42,030 nucleotides of DNA from Candidatus Daviesbacteria bacterium RIFCSPHIGHO2_01_FULL_40_11. GTDB lineage: Bacteria > Patescibacteriota > Microgenomatia > Daviesbacterales > UBA10151. The stretch spans positions 1 to 42,030 of the forward strand of contig MFCP01000021.1 of assembly GCA_001776635.1 (NCBI GenBank), read 5' to 3'. This document shows, piece after piece, positions 1 through 10,126 of the stretch. A program made the translations under genes and the position numbers. A model generated the notes under the pieces. It did no database searches, was not told the DNA's origin, and saw only the letters and a list, made by a program, of their open reading frames with translations. How positions within the stretch are numbered: the stretch's first letter is position 1; each line of letters opens with the position of its first letter.

Positions 1-2976
1 TAAAACAATTATTGCAAAAACTGCAATAACTGAAACATACTTTGGTAACCTAAAAACTACCAAAGAAAACATTACACCACTGGCAAGAGAAGCTATATAA
101 AGACCATAGTAGGAAAATTGAATTGTATTCCAGGGATTTCCCGACTGAACAAATAACATTGGGATCAAAAACGAAAGAAGAGCAAGAATAAAAATAAACA
201 ACAACTTTTCATCTTTAATGATGCTTTTTATTTTAATAAGCGATAGAAGACTGACAACCCGTAAACCTAAATTGCCGGCAATAAATATTCCTAGACTTAA
301 TGCTTCCGCTGAAATAAACTTAAACCAGTCTCCTTTTAAAAACCCTGCTTCTCTTGCCAAAGACAACCTAACCCATCCAACCCTATCCGGGGAATCTACC
401 ATTGAGTGAATAAACCAAAATGGCGCAAAGACCAGCAGGTTTGAATTTATATCAGAATTAGGCAAGAATATTAATACAGAAATCAATGATGCGCCGGTAA
501 AAACTGCAAGGTAAGAAAGCTGTCTTTTTATCAAACCTACAAGCAGTATTGATGCCAACACTAAAATAGCGCCATAAGATTTAAAACCGATTAAAAACCC
601 TGCTAAAAGTATCGCTAAAAAAATATTCTTCGTCCGGGAAAAATTTGATAAGTTAAAAAGGATATGGAATAAAGCTATAACAATGACCAAAGAAACCGCA
701 AAAGGCGGGTTTAAGTTAAAAGAAACTGCCTGGTTTGCCCAAAATGCCGACTCTCCTCCGAAATGCCTCTCCCGTAAAAATTCAACTATCCAACCAAAAC
801 TTCCTGCAAAATAAATTAGATAGAGACTAAAAAGGGACGCGACTTGCGCCTTTTTAACTCCAATTCTCCCTTCAAAAAGCCTCATTACCAGAAAATAAGA
901 ACCAACTCCAAGCATCAGAGAAAATGCAACCGGATAAAATCTAAATATAAGATCGGAAACCGGGAGTCTTGATAGATAATTTGTACCTGCTACTGCTAAA
1001 TCATAAAAGAAATGATAATTTTTCAAAACTGTACCTGAATAGACCGGGTTTTCAGCTGGCACGGACTTTATCAATTGATTAATTAATGCCATATGCCAAA
1101 CTCCATCATGGGTATTTGGCCCCCAGAACCCTATGCCATATCCAAATGTTAAACCGCTCTTAAATGTAGGTATGACCTGAAAAGCTGTTCCGGCTAGAAT
1201 AATTAAAATTAGAATTAAATTAAACGATCCCCGAATTTTTGGTAGGTTGACAATTAGATTACTGTAAAGTTTAAAGCGGAAGAAAAAGAACAAGTTTATT
1301 AAAATATAAACAAAAACTAATGGTCTAATTTTCAGTAAACTAGTTATATAAAACAGTAACGTAAAAACTACAAATCCCACCGCTGCGGAAATAAATATTC
1401 TTAAAAAGAGAGGCGTATCCTTTCTAAAAGTTTTATTTGTCAACACAAATCCGGGCAGAACTATTGCCAGGACTAAAAAGGTCAAAAACTCAAAAACCTT
1501 TTGTACTGCCGATACCACAGACCATTTCGAAGAGCTGTCGGATATGGCAGAATTTTTTACTGCCGGAGTTTCTTTTTTAGTTGCCGCAAGTATGGCCGTG
1601 TCAATAGAAAAAACTTTTCCGTCAATGCTGATATCCCGCGGAAGTAATCCTATTTGTCTTAAATTCCCAGCCTCATTTGTATAACTTATGACAAATTCTT
1701 CGTCCTCTTTCTCTATCTTAAAGTTAATAATTTTACCCTGATCTACCACCCAACTGTTTCCGAAACTCACTTCATCCAGGACTCGAGTGGCGCTGATTGC
1801 AAAGTTCACTGCTTCGCATCTTGCCTTAAAACATAATTCCTCTTCACCGTCAATATATTGTCTTAAATCCCTGAAGACAGATCCATCAGCATTGTAAAAC
1901 CAACCGACTCGAAAGAAAGGGTTCATAAACCAAACCACCTTTTTAGGACTTCCCAAGGGATCGTCTGCAATAATTAATTGTTCAGGAGAAAGATTTGGAA
2001 AAGCTGATTTATACCAAGTGGCAAAGTCCTTCATTGAGACAATCGAGAGCTGATTGGCATTTTTTTTCTCAAGTAGTATTTTAATCTGGTTCTCATATTC
2101 TGCTGAATACTCACCCCATGAATAAGAATTCTCCAAACCGACAACCAAGTGGCCGAACTGATTAAATCGTTGTTTTGTGTATATGTCGACCAAAGACGAA
2201 AAATATTTAGTATTCAAATCGTGATAATCACGATAGTCGTTGGCTTGAACACTAAAAGTACTTTCCAAAACTCCATTGCCATACCCATTCACCGGATCCC
2301 TGGCAGCCCATTGCAGGATGACAACATCCAATTTATTTTCTTTAGTTTGAGCAGGATGCAGGGCATTATTTCTAGAAGGATAATAGGGAGTAGAAAAATA
2401 TTGTCCCCAAATCTGATAATTATCGGTTGAGTATTGATCTGAAACAATTAAAGCGGCAGTGATCCCGTATTTTTTTTGCATATATCCCAGAGAATAGCTA
2501 TCAATCCACCAAGCACCAACTGAAACTGGGTAAAACCCGAAAGTGCTTTTAAATTTCTCAAAACTTGCATCTATCAGTTCTTCACGCTCCGACCGCTCAT
2601 ATCCTGTTAAAAAAGCACTGCCTGCGCTATGCCAACTGTCTGATTGATGATAAGTAACTTTTGCCTGAGTCCCCCAAGTTGGAGTAACTTCTAAAAATAA
2701 TCCCTTCTCGTCAGAAGGCCTATTTTTTAGCATATCGATGATGTTTTTGTTATCCAGTGCATCAAACCGCAGTAGCCAAGTGGCTGGTAAGTTGAATCTA
2801 TCTAAAATAGCCGTCTGTCCTAAAATAACGGTCTCTGGTTTCTGGTCTTTTATGTCCCAAAAATCAGCGCCTCTGACCGGATTTACAATCGAAACAAAAG
2901 AATCACCTTGGGCAAAAGTTTTTGGTACTAAAATTATAGAAAATAAAAACATCAGCAAGAATATTATTTTTTTCAT
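1..2976 (-). CDS. Partial CDS (C-terminus runs off the left edge, at least 992 codons): signal peptide, then a ~430-aa secreted domain of unknown family, fused to a large polytopic membrane domain (GT-C / O-antigen-polymerase-like)
   Basis: Absent from the ORF track because it has no in-window stop. My hand translation of the minus strand starts at the ATG at 2976..2974 (MKKIIFLLMFLFSIILVPKTFAQGDSFVSIVNPVRG...). It stays open for all 992 codons to nt 1, and the track reports no competing minus-strand ORFs here. The start overlaps the upstream stop by 1 nt (TAATG). The N-domain is a clear paralog of the 35938..38019 product (NPVR, FLEVTP, SDSWH, VGAWW[IV]DS[YF]SL, LQWAARDP[VL]NGY, MKDF..WY...FPNLSP). 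From about aa 480 onward there are many hydrophobic segments. Confidence 0.8.
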   Translation of the reverse strand, partial: MKKIIFLLMFLFSIILVPKTFAQGDSFVSIVNPVRGADFWDIKDQKPETVILGQTAILDRFNLPATWLLRFDALDNKNIIDMLKNRPSDEKGLFLEVTPTWGTQAKVTYHQSDSWHSAGSAFLTGYERSEREELIDASFEKFKSTFGFYPVSVGAWWIDSYSLGYMQKKYGITAALIVSDQYSTDNYQIWGQYFSTPYYPSRNNALHPAQTKENKLDVVILQWAARDPVNGYGNGVLESTFSVQANDYRDYHDLNTKYFSSLVDIYTKQRFNQFGHLVVGLENSYSWGEYSAEYENQIKILLEKKNANQLSIVSMKDFATWYKSAFPNLSPEQLIIADDPLGSPKKVVWFMNPFFRVGWFYNADGSVFRDLRQYIDGEEELCFKARCEAVNFAISATRVLDEVSFGNSWVVDQGKIINFKIEKEDEEFVISYTNEAGNLRQIGLLPRDISIDGKVFSIDTAILAATKKETPAVKNSAISDSSSKWSVVSAVQKVFEFLTFLVLAIVLPGFVLTNKTFRKDTPLFLRIFISAAVGFVVFTLLFYITSLLKIRPLVFVYILINLFFFFRFKLYSNLIVNLPKIRGSFNLILILIILAGTAFQVIPTFKSGLTFGYGIGFWGPNTHDGVWHMALINQLIKSVPAENPVYSGTVLKNYHFFYDLAVAGTNYLSRLPVSDLIFRFYPVAFSLMLGVGSYFLVMRLFEGRIGVKKAQVASLFSLYLIYFAGSFGWIVEFLRERHFGGESAFWANQAVSFNLNPPFAVSLVIVIALFHILFNLSNFSRTKNIFLAILLAGFLIGFKSYGAILVLASILLVGLIKRQLSYLAVFTGASLISVLIFLPNSDINSNLLVFAPFWFIHSMVDSPDRVGWVRLSLAREAGFLKGDWFKFISAEALSLGIFIAGNLGLRVVSLLSLIKIKSIIKDEKLLFIFILALLSFLIPMLFVQSGNPWNTIQFSYYGLYIASLASGVMFSLVVFRLPKYVSVIAVFAIIVL

Positions 2977-4451
2977 TATCTTTTTTTGAATTGATTTTTA
3001 ATTAAAGGGAGCAGTTTTGGTTCAAGTATAAAGACCGCCAATGAGTAGGATATTAGACTGACCAAAACCATAACAATTACCTGTTGCAAAGATACAATGA
3101 AGATATTCTTTGTGAGAAATACACAAACTCCCATCAAACTACTTGCAAGTAAAGGTTTCCCAACGCTTTGCAAGTAGTTTATATCAACATATTTAGAGAC
3201 CAGATACAAAGCAACGAAAGAACTAAATCCTACCAATGTAAAACCCAAAGCTGCTCCGTTTACCCCATACAAAAAAGCAAGCAAGGGAACAAAAATCCAA
3301 GTAAGGGCAGTCCACATAATCATTAGTTTAAAAGTAAGAGTTATTTTACCTATAGCGTTTAAAGTGTTTGTCAAAGGAGTAGTAATTGCTGCCAAACCGG
3401 AAGTGATTGTTAAAATAGACAACGCAAATAACGCAGGACTCCACTTACTATATTTGGGAATAATTTCTACTAAAACCGGCGCCAAAAGCACCAGTATGAC
3501 TAAAGAAGGAAAAACCAAAAGGCAAACAAAGAAGATAGATTTGGTAACCAAATCCGACAAATCTTTTCTGTTATCCTGCAGCCGGGAAAATGCCGGGAAT
3601 GTCACTTTTATTACCTGATCCATAAAAAACCTCAAGGGGGCATAAGCCCATTTCTGGGCCCACCCCAAAAGTCCAATTCCGGATGCACCAATTATCCCTC
3701 CCAAAAAAAGAGTCATACCGTCATCTTTTACCATAGCAAGAAGGGTATTAAATTGATATGGAACACCGAATTTTAATACTGATTTAAAAGCTTGAACCGA
3801 AAAAGCAACTCCGGGAAACCATGGCTGAACTATGTATGTAAGAAAAAGTCCTATCAAGCCGGACAAAACTATGGCTATTGACAGACTTGTTATCCCAAAA
3901 CCCTGCCAAGCCAAAAAGACTGCTGTCAGGTTAAAAATAATATTCTCGCTAATCTGAGGGATCACCCATTTGTTAAACTCCATTTTTCTTTCCAGTAAAA
4001 CCGAAGGTATAGTTTTTAAAGAGGAGAGAAGTAAAGAAAAAAGAAGAGCCCAAAGTAAATAAACGGCTTGCTGATTTAAACTATAAATACTCTGAATCAA
4101 TGGAGTTGATATAAATACTATTAATAACAACGTCAAAACAAGTGCTTGTTGCGTTGTGAAAACGGTTTTTAGTTCAATATCTGTTAGTTTTTCTTTTTTC
4201 TGAATTAAAGCTGCGGCGAAACCAATATCGCTAAAATAAGCCAAGAAGTTTTTTATTGCCGATACCACAAAATAAATACCGAATTCGGCAGGAGCAAGGA
4301 AAACAGTTAAAAGCGCCATCGAGAAAAAAGATACTCCCTGCATTAAAATCATCCTTCCGGTTAGTATTGCTGCGCCTTTAACTGCTCGCACCTTGATACT
4401 ATCCGTAGTCAGCTCCTGGGTCGGATCAATTTGTTCAACGCTTTCTTGCAT
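2976..4451 (-). CDS. Wzx-like oligo/polysaccharide flippase (MOP superfamily polysaccharide biosynthesis protein)
   Basis: 491-aa multi-TM ORF. The N-terminal region VKGAAILTGRMILMQGVSFFSMALLTVFLAPAEFGIYFVVSAIKNFLAYFSDIGFAAALIQ matches the usual Wzx/Polysacc_synt pattern. It sits inside a glycosyltransferase operon, with a 10-nt gap upstream and a 1-nt overlap downstream. Confidence 0.7.
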   Translation of the reverse strand: MQESVEQIDPTQELTTDSIKVRAVKGAAILTGRMILMQGVSFFSMALLTVFLAPAEFGIYFVVSAIKNFLAYFSDIGFAAALIQKKEKLTDIELKTVFTTQQALVLTLLLIVFISTPLIQSIYSLNQQAVYLLWALLFSLLLSSLKTIPSVLLERKMEFNKWVIPQISENIIFNLTAVFLAWQGFGITSLSIAIVLSGLIGLFLTYIVQPWFPGVAFSVQAFKSVLKFGVPYQFNTLLAMVKDDGMTLFLGGIIGASGIGLLGWAQKWAYAPLRFFMDQVIKVTFPAFSRLQDNRKDLSDLVTKSIFFVCLLVFPSLVILVLLAPVLVEIIPKYSKWSPALFALSILTITSGLAAITTPLTNTLNAIGKITLTFKLMIMWTALTWIFVPLLAFLYGVNGAALGFTLVGFSSFVALYLVSKYVDINYLQSVGKPLLASSLMGVCVFLTKNIFIVSLQQVIVMVLVSLISYSLAVFILEPKLLPLIKNQFKKR

Positions 4452-4461
4452 AATTTTTAGT

Positions 4462-6171
4462 CTAATTCATTCTTTTTCTGTAATATGAAATCCATTGACG
4501 GACCCTTTGAAAAGAAATTAAAAATAAGATTGCGCTTACTGCCAAACCTACGAGGGTTATTAAATTAGCTAGCGACCGAATCGGAGTATCATAAAGCCTG
4601 GCCGTAATCGCATGATCTCCTTTTCCTAATATCAAGGTCATCAGACCCAAGTTATTATTTTTATATTCCACTTCTGCCTCTTTACCATCTATAAATATCT
4701 TCCAATTAGGAAAGTAGTATTGCGATAAACGGATGATTGTATGAGAATTGGTCTTTACGTTTAAAACGATCCAGTTCGTACCCTCATGAAAATCAAAAAC
4801 TTGGCTGTCTCCTGTTAGAATTTCATATCTTGCTTTTGCAAGTTCCGCCGGTGGTTCTTTTGCATATATAGGCAAATAATCAAAAATTGACCGCTTTATT
4901 TGTCTATCCCAATCTTGACCACTTAATAGTTTTTGATCACTTGTCTGTATAAACTTTTCCGGCTTAAAGTAGGAGAAATTTAAGACCACCACCAGAAAGA
5001 CTGATGCTCCCCACAATAAATTCCTGTGTTTAAAATTCAGACGGAATAAACTACCTGACAGTAGTGAAACAAAAAATATTACAATAAGCAAAAACCGCCA
5101 AGGAAATTGTAAGTATTTTAACGGATCAATAGCTTTCCATATAAATTCTGACCTTGGATGAATCATAAAAACAGCCAAAAAAGTTACCAGAGAACAAAAT
5201 ATGATTATCGAGCTCAACCACTTGTTTTTCTTCCATAAAACCTTAGCGGTAACTCCTGCGAGAAACCATCCAAGAAGGTGTACCCACCCAATTTGGTAAG
5301 AAAGCCCATCCTTTTCTCCACCCGGGACTTCCCTTATTGATGAACCATACTCCCATGACCTATCTAAAAATAATTTCCTAATTCCCTTAAAATGTTCTGT
5401 ATAGGAAAAGTACCCTCCTACTGTAGTTTCAAGATGTACCAAATTCTTCTCGAATATTGCAGGCAGTAGATAGAACGCAGATAGTAGTATCGCAACAATA
5501 GCCGAACCAAAGCAGAACCATAGAAATTGCTTGTTCTTTTTTTTTAAGAATAATAAAACTATCCATAAAATTATAATCGGCAAAAAAATCATAGCCGATA
5601 AATTGTGGGATGTAATCAAGGCCGCAACAGAAACTCCAAAAAGTAGTAGATTGGCAATATTTACTTTTTCTTCTAATCTTGTAACCGCCCAAAAAATTAA
5701 CGGAAATAACATCAAAGCCCACATCTCACCCATTGCTCCCCTTATGTAAAGATCAAGCGCATGGTATGGTGCAAAACTATAGAAAACAGCCGAGAGCGCA
5801 CCGCCCATCTTACCCCAAAATTTTAGTGCCAGTAAATACATAAAGATATAAGCACCCAAGAAACTTACAGCAAACATTACCTTAACCGAAATGAGTAAAC
5901 TGTGCGTTACAAAATAGATGAGTTCTCCAAAATAATAAGGCAAAGGGGCATAATAGTTAAAAATAGGATATCCGTATAAGCCGCCCAAGTCAGGCACCCA
6001 GCGGCAGGGAATTTGATAATCTTTGAAACATTTATCCATCTCGTAAAGCCTAATTACCTGAACATCATCATGATGAGTAAAGTAAGGCGCTGCAAAAAGA
6101 GGCCAAAGCAAAGAAAAAGTAAGTATAAATCCAACTAAAAAATACATATGGGAAAGAAGAAATTTTTTCAT
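4462..6171 (-). CDS. GT-C-type polytopic membrane protein (YfhO / PTPS-related-like), tandem paralog B
   Basis: 569 aa. First loop: FTHHDDVQVIRLYEM...IPCRWVPDLGGLYGYPIFNYYAPLPYYFGE. It has a multi-TM core, a C-terminal soluble domain (YYFPNWKIFIDGKEAEV...DTPIRSLANLITL) and a final TM. The ATG overlaps the upstream stop (ATGA at 6168-6171). Confidence 0.65.
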   Translation of the reverse strand: MKKFLLSHMYFLVGFILTFSLLWPLFAAPYFTHHDDVQVIRLYEMDKCFKDYQIPCRWVPDLGGLYGYPIFNYYAPLPYYFGELIYFVTHSLLISVKVMFAVSFLGAYIFMYLLALKFWGKMGGALSAVFYSFAPYHALDLYIRGAMGEMWALMLFPLIFWAVTRLEEKVNIANLLLFGVSVAALITSHNLSAMIFLPIIILWIVLLFLKKKNKQFLWFCFGSAIVAILLSAFYLLPAIFEKNLVHLETTVGGYFSYTEHFKGIRKLFLDRSWEYGSSIREVPGGEKDGLSYQIGWVHLLGWFLAGVTAKVLWKKNKWLSSIIIFCSLVTFLAVFMIHPRSEFIWKAIDPLKYLQFPWRFLLIVIFFVSLLSGSLFRLNFKHRNLLWGASVFLVVVLNFSYFKPEKFIQTSDQKLLSGQDWDRQIKRSIFDYLPIYAKEPPAELAKARYEILTGDSQVFDFHEGTNWIVLNVKTNSHTIIRLSQYYFPNWKIFIDGKEAEVEYKNNNLGLMTLILGKGDHAITARLYDTPIRSLANLITLVGLAVSAILFLISFQRVRQWISYYRKRMN

Positions 6172-7805
6172 TTGAACTTGTATCTTTTTATCGCAAATAT
6201 TCCTACCACCAAAAGAAGTGAAAACAAAGATATTACATTACCGATCGCCCTGACAGGCGTATCTTTAAATTCAACTCCAACATTATATTGGCCCTTTGGC
6301 AATTCAAACCTGATCAACCCCTGCTTGGATGGTGATTGCAGATTGATTGATTGATTGTCAGTTCTGACTTCCCATCCCGGGAAATATGTGATTGGTAATT
6401 CGATCACGCTATCAGTTATCACGCTGAAACTACCTTGTGCAGATTGGGATCGTTTAGTAAAAGAGTTGACCCGTATTTCCCCTTTTTCAGCCCGGGGAGT
6501 ATCAAACCTTTCCCCGTCCACTGTTTGCACCCAAATCGGCAGATAGTCTTTAGTTAAATCTACACCCTTATGCATACTCTCGATATGCAAAAATTTATTA
6601 AAAAAACTGTCATCAATGTACTCTTTCGGCCTAAAATACTGAAAATTAATTAAAATTATAGATGCAATCAAGATAAAATATATTACCCCAAATTTCTTTT
6701 TGAAATAATCTGCCACAACTCCTCCTGTTATCGCTACAATAAAAACTGAAATTGCCAAAAATCTCCATGGAAATTGAATAAAAGCCATTGAGGGAATAGC
6801 TTCCCAAATAAATGCAGATTTGTTGTGCTGCAAAAAGATCGATAGGAAAAAGCTTAATCCTAAAAATGCAAGTAGACCCAGTAGTTTCTTCTCTTTTCTA
6901 AAAAGAAGTCCATAAACTCCAGCCAATACTAAAATAACCCAATTAACCAAGCCTAATTGAAACGACATACCGTCTTTCGACCCCCACAGCGAAGATCCAT
7001 ATCCCCAAAACAAAGAGAAAAACTGCTGATAAGCCACAAAATGCGCTCTAAAATCAAAATACCCAACGATTAGGTATTTTGTTTGAATAAATTGCCTCTC
7101 AAAAAAAGCCGGCAGCAAGAAAAATGCCGCCAAACCCAAACCCAAAACAAAAGCTGCCAAATTAGGCAGAATAAGTTTTAAGTTTATTTTTGTTAATGCA
7201 AGATACATCCACCACAAAAGCAGAAATGGTATGAACATTAGTATTGTAACATTATGAGTCAAAAATAGTCCTGCCAGAGAGAAAGCAAATAAGATAATTC
7301 TTTTGAAAGTTGCCTTCTCGAATATTTGTAAAGACGCATAGAAGATCAACGGAAAAAACACAAATGCCCAAGCTTCGGATAACGCTCCTCTAACATAAAG
7401 GTCGACTGCCCGATATGGCGCCCAGATGTAAAGAGTGCTTGCCAAAATTGCCGCCCTTTTAGAAAAAAGTTTACGACAAAAAATATACATAGTCATGGCA
7501 GACAGAATACTTGACAGCATAAACAATATTTTTGCTACCCAGATGAAATTAAACCCTAAAAGCCCAATTGCTGCGCCAAGGTAATAAGGAAGCGGTGCAT
7601 AGAAATTAAACAGCGGTTCGCCATAGCGCAGATCCGGTGCCCATCTGACTGGGAAGATTCCATCAGATAAAACAGTACTCATTTGACTTAGTCTTGCTAT
7701 AAAAATATGATCTTGAGTATAAAAAAACTTAGCATTGAAAAAAGGTAGAAGGGAAGGTAGAGTTAATAAAATCAAAACCAAAGGGATAACGAGGGATTTC
7801 TTCAT
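6168..7805 (-). CDS. GT-C-type polytopic membrane protein (YfhO / PTPS-related-like), tandem paralog A
   Basis: 545 aa, same architecture as 4462..6171. Shared motifs: FYTQDHIFIARLSQM...FPVRWAPDLRYGEPLFNFYAPLPYYLGA, and C-terminal TYFPGWEVRTDNQ...DTPVRAIGNVISL plus a final TM. Confidence 0.65.
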   Translation of the reverse strand: MKKSLVIPLVLILLTLPSLLPFFNAKFFYTQDHIFIARLSQMSTVLSDGIFPVRWAPDLRYGEPLFNFYAPLPYYLGAAIGLLGFNFIWVAKILFMLSSILSAMTMYIFCRKLFSKRAAILASTLYIWAPYRAVDLYVRGALSEAWAFVFFPLIFYASLQIFEKATFKRIILFAFSLAGLFLTHNVTILMFIPFLLLWWMYLALTKINLKLILPNLAAFVLGLGLAAFFLLPAFFERQFIQTKYLIVGYFDFRAHFVAYQQFFSLFWGYGSSLWGSKDGMSFQLGLVNWVILVLAGVYGLLFRKEKKLLGLLAFLGLSFFLSIFLQHNKSAFIWEAIPSMAFIQFPWRFLAISVFIVAITGGVVADYFKKKFGVIYFILIASIILINFQYFRPKEYIDDSFFNKFLHIESMHKGVDLTKDYLPIWVQTVDGERFDTPRAEKGEIRVNSFTKRSQSAQGSFSVITDSVIELPITYFPGWEVRTDNQSINLQSPSKQGLIRFELPKGQYNVGVEFKDTPVRAIGNVISLFSLLLVVGIFAIKRYKFK

Positions 7806-7813
7806 AAATCTTT

Positions 7814-9331
7814 TTATGGCAATACCTGATATAAAACAGTGGCGTCTTGCGGAGCATCTAAACTTTTAAATTTAGGGTATTCTTTGATTAACACTACATT
7901 TTCTACACTGCCTTCTAGACTTTTTTTATTACCTAAAAAGTAAGTTAAATTGTCTTTGGCAGCATTCCTAATCTGGGCAGAAATGGTAGCGCTACTACCA
8001 ACTATTGCTATTTCTGATTTATCCAAATAAATTTGTATCCCGTCAGGCAATGTTCCAAAAAAACCCTCTGTCCCTAAAACAACTTTTCTCTCTTTGCTTT
8101 TTTCCAAAAGAAAGTTTGAAATATCTTTGAATCCATAGCCTGCTGTCCAATCCTCGAAATATCCTTTTCTTTCTTCCCTTGGCAGAGTCGCTTTATCGGG
8201 CGAAGTTAACAGAAAATAATTAAAATATAAAGGAAGCGGCAAGAGTACTATCAGCATCAGTATCACCGGGAACCTTTTTATATAGGCAAGCCTTGGGAGT
8301 AGTTTAGTTACACCAAATCCGGCTACAACTAAAAACAGCGGAATTGATGGCAAGAGGTAGCGAGCCGTGAAAGTTCTAAGAAAACCCATATTCAAAAGTA
8401 ATGGAATAAACGCCCAAAGCAGAATTATCCCACCTAATAAGGATTGCCCTCTAAAAGATTGTTGCCAGATTCCAAATAAGATGTAAATTATCCCCATCAG
8501 AACACTAAGTAAAATCGGCCAAGTAAAAAGTCTTGGAAACCAATCGGCAATGTCGTGAAAGTGCGGAATAAATGGATCTAGCGGCCTGCCCATAAGCTCC
8601 AGTGGAGAAAAAACATAATCTGTATTTCGTGAGGACAACATTTGAAAATTTGGTCCTAGCCTTAACATGTTATACATGATAAGGGCAATCGCGATAGCCA
8701 CTCCGCATAAAATTATCAATTTCGCTAAAGTATGGCTCCCGCCTTTATTCTTAAAACCTATTATTGTTAATGGTAGTAAAAAAAGATTTAATAGTCCGGG
8801 AGTTTTCGTTAAGACTGCACCTCCTAACAAATAGCCTAAAACCATAGCAATATCTAACCTTAAACTAGTTACTAACCATATGGCAAAATAGACCACCCAG
8901 ATAGTAAAACCGGAGAGCATCGAATCAACAAGAGCCATCCGGTCAAAAAAAACTGTGTAAGGAGTAATCACATAAAGTAAACTTGCCCAAAAAGCGGTCC
9001 GGATATTGAAAACTTTCTTGGACAAAAAAAATACTCCCATTAGTGTAAAAAAACCAGAAACCACTGATAACAACCTTCCCGCAAGAAGTGGATCTTGTAC
9101 AAATTTTAGAAAAGGGATCATAATCCACATAAATAGGGGAGTCTTACCGTCAAATAGAGGTAAAAAACGCAGCGTTGGTTCGGCCCTCATCACTTGTGCC
9201 CATCTAATATAAATAGCCTCATCTGCAAAAATAGGCTGCAAGGTTAAATTAGGTAATCTGAGAATAAAATACAGCGCTACTAGACCAGCAATAACCAGAA
9301 GCTCCTTGCGATGTTTAACTAAAAAATCCAC
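7814..9331 (-). CDS. ArnT/PMT-like glycosyltransferase (GT39/GT83-type GT-C)
   Basis: 505 aa and polytopic. The first extracytoplasmic loop carries the GT-C acidic motif (LQPIFADEAIYIRWAQVM). It has a C-terminal soluble domain. GTG start at 9331, with TGgTATAAT 6 nt upstream. Confidence 0.75.
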   Translation of the reverse strand: MDFLVKHRKELLVIAGLVALYFILRLPNLTLQPIFADEAIYIRWAQVMRAEPTLRFLPLFDGKTPLFMWIMIPFLKFVQDPLLAGRLLSVVSGFFTLMGVFFLSKKVFNIRTAFWASLLYVITPYTVFFDRMALVDSMLSGFTIWVVYFAIWLVTSLRLDIAMVLGYLLGGAVLTKTPGLLNLFLLPLTIIGFKNKGGSHTLAKLIILCGVAIAIALIMYNMLRLGPNFQMLSSRNTDYVFSPLELMGRPLDPFIPHFHDIADWFPRLFTWPILLSVLMGIIYILFGIWQQSFRGQSLLGGIILLWAFIPLLLNMGFLRTFTARYLLPSIPLFLVVAGFGVTKLLPRLAYIKRFPVILMLIVLLPLPLYFNYFLLTSPDKATLPREERKGYFEDWTAGYGFKDISNFLLEKSKERKVVLGTEGFFGTLPDGIQIYLDKSEIAIVGSSATISAQIRNAAKDNLTYFLGNKKSLEGSVENVVLIKEYPKFKSLDAPQDATVLYQVLP

Positions 9332-9337
9332 TTTAAC

Positions 9338-9368
9338 ATTATACCAACTCCGAAGCCCAAATTGTCTA
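9338..9368 (-). promoter_or_regulatory. Promoter of the GT39 gene
   Basis: Minus strand: TAGACA, 19 nt, TGgTATAAT, 6 nt, GTG(9331). Confidence 0.5.
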
Positions 9369-9376
9369 ATTAAACA

Positions 9377-10126
9377 TCAATCCCTGTACTTGCCTCTTAA
9401 GTCATTCCACCTGATTCGGAGCATATCATAAATTGCCGCCATGGCGTCTTTAACTACCTGTACTCTTTCAGTATCAACATACCTCCACTCCACCTCTACT
9501 TCAGCGATCTTAAAGCCATACTTTTTGGCTAGGTATAAAAGTTCAACATCAAACCCGGCATTAACTGCTCCTCCGCTAAAGTGCACCACTCCCCACTCAC
9601 TTTTTATTCTAGGAATAATTTTATCAATTGAAGTCTTACTAAATGCCTTAAATCCACACTGAGTATCTTTAAATGGTAGTCCTAAGATTATCCCACGAAG
9701 CAGCGAAAACCCCCACGCTGATAATTTCCTAACTAAAGGCGCACCTTTTCTGCCATGCCTTGAACCGATCACAATATCAGCTCCCTTTTCAAATTCTGAC
9801 ATAAATTTCTCAATTTGGTTAATCGGTGTAGCCTGATCCATATCGGTAAAAAGAATTATCTTCCCCCTCGCTTTAAGCATTCCTGTCATCACAGCATTTG
9901 CTTTTCCTCCATGAAGGTTTTGAATAAGAAAAAAATTTTTATGGCTTGTAATAAACTTCTTTATAAGTTCAACTGATTGATCTGAAGAACCATCGTCAAC
10001 GACAATAACCTCAAAGGGGATCTTAAGACTTTCCAGATAATCTCCGACCTCTTCTAAAACTCCTTTTTTAAGATTTTTTTCTTCGTTATATGCAGGTATG
10101 ACTACTGACAGTTTTAGGATGTTCAT
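9377..10126 (-). CDS. GT2 polyprenyl-phosphate hexosyltransferase (ALG5/DPM1-like, soluble)
   Basis: 249 aa. Motifs: VVIPAYNEE, VVDDGSSD, HGGKANAV, FTDMDQATP (DXD), GSRH, TQCGFKAF, FDVELLYLAKK. The start overlaps the upstream stop (ATGA). Confidence 0.8.
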   Translation of the reverse strand: MNILKLSVVIPAYNEEKNLKKGVLEEVGDYLESLKIPFEVIVVDDGSSDQSVELIKKFITSHKNFFLIQNLHGGKANAVMTGMLKARGKIILFTDMDQATPINQIEKFMSEFEKGADIVIGSRHGRKGAPLVRKLSAWGFSLLRGIILGLPFKDTQCGFKAFSKTSIDKIIPRIKSEWGVVHFSGGAVNAGFDVELLYLAKKYGFKIAEVEVEWRYVDTERVQVVKDAMAAIYDMLRIRWNDLRGKYRD

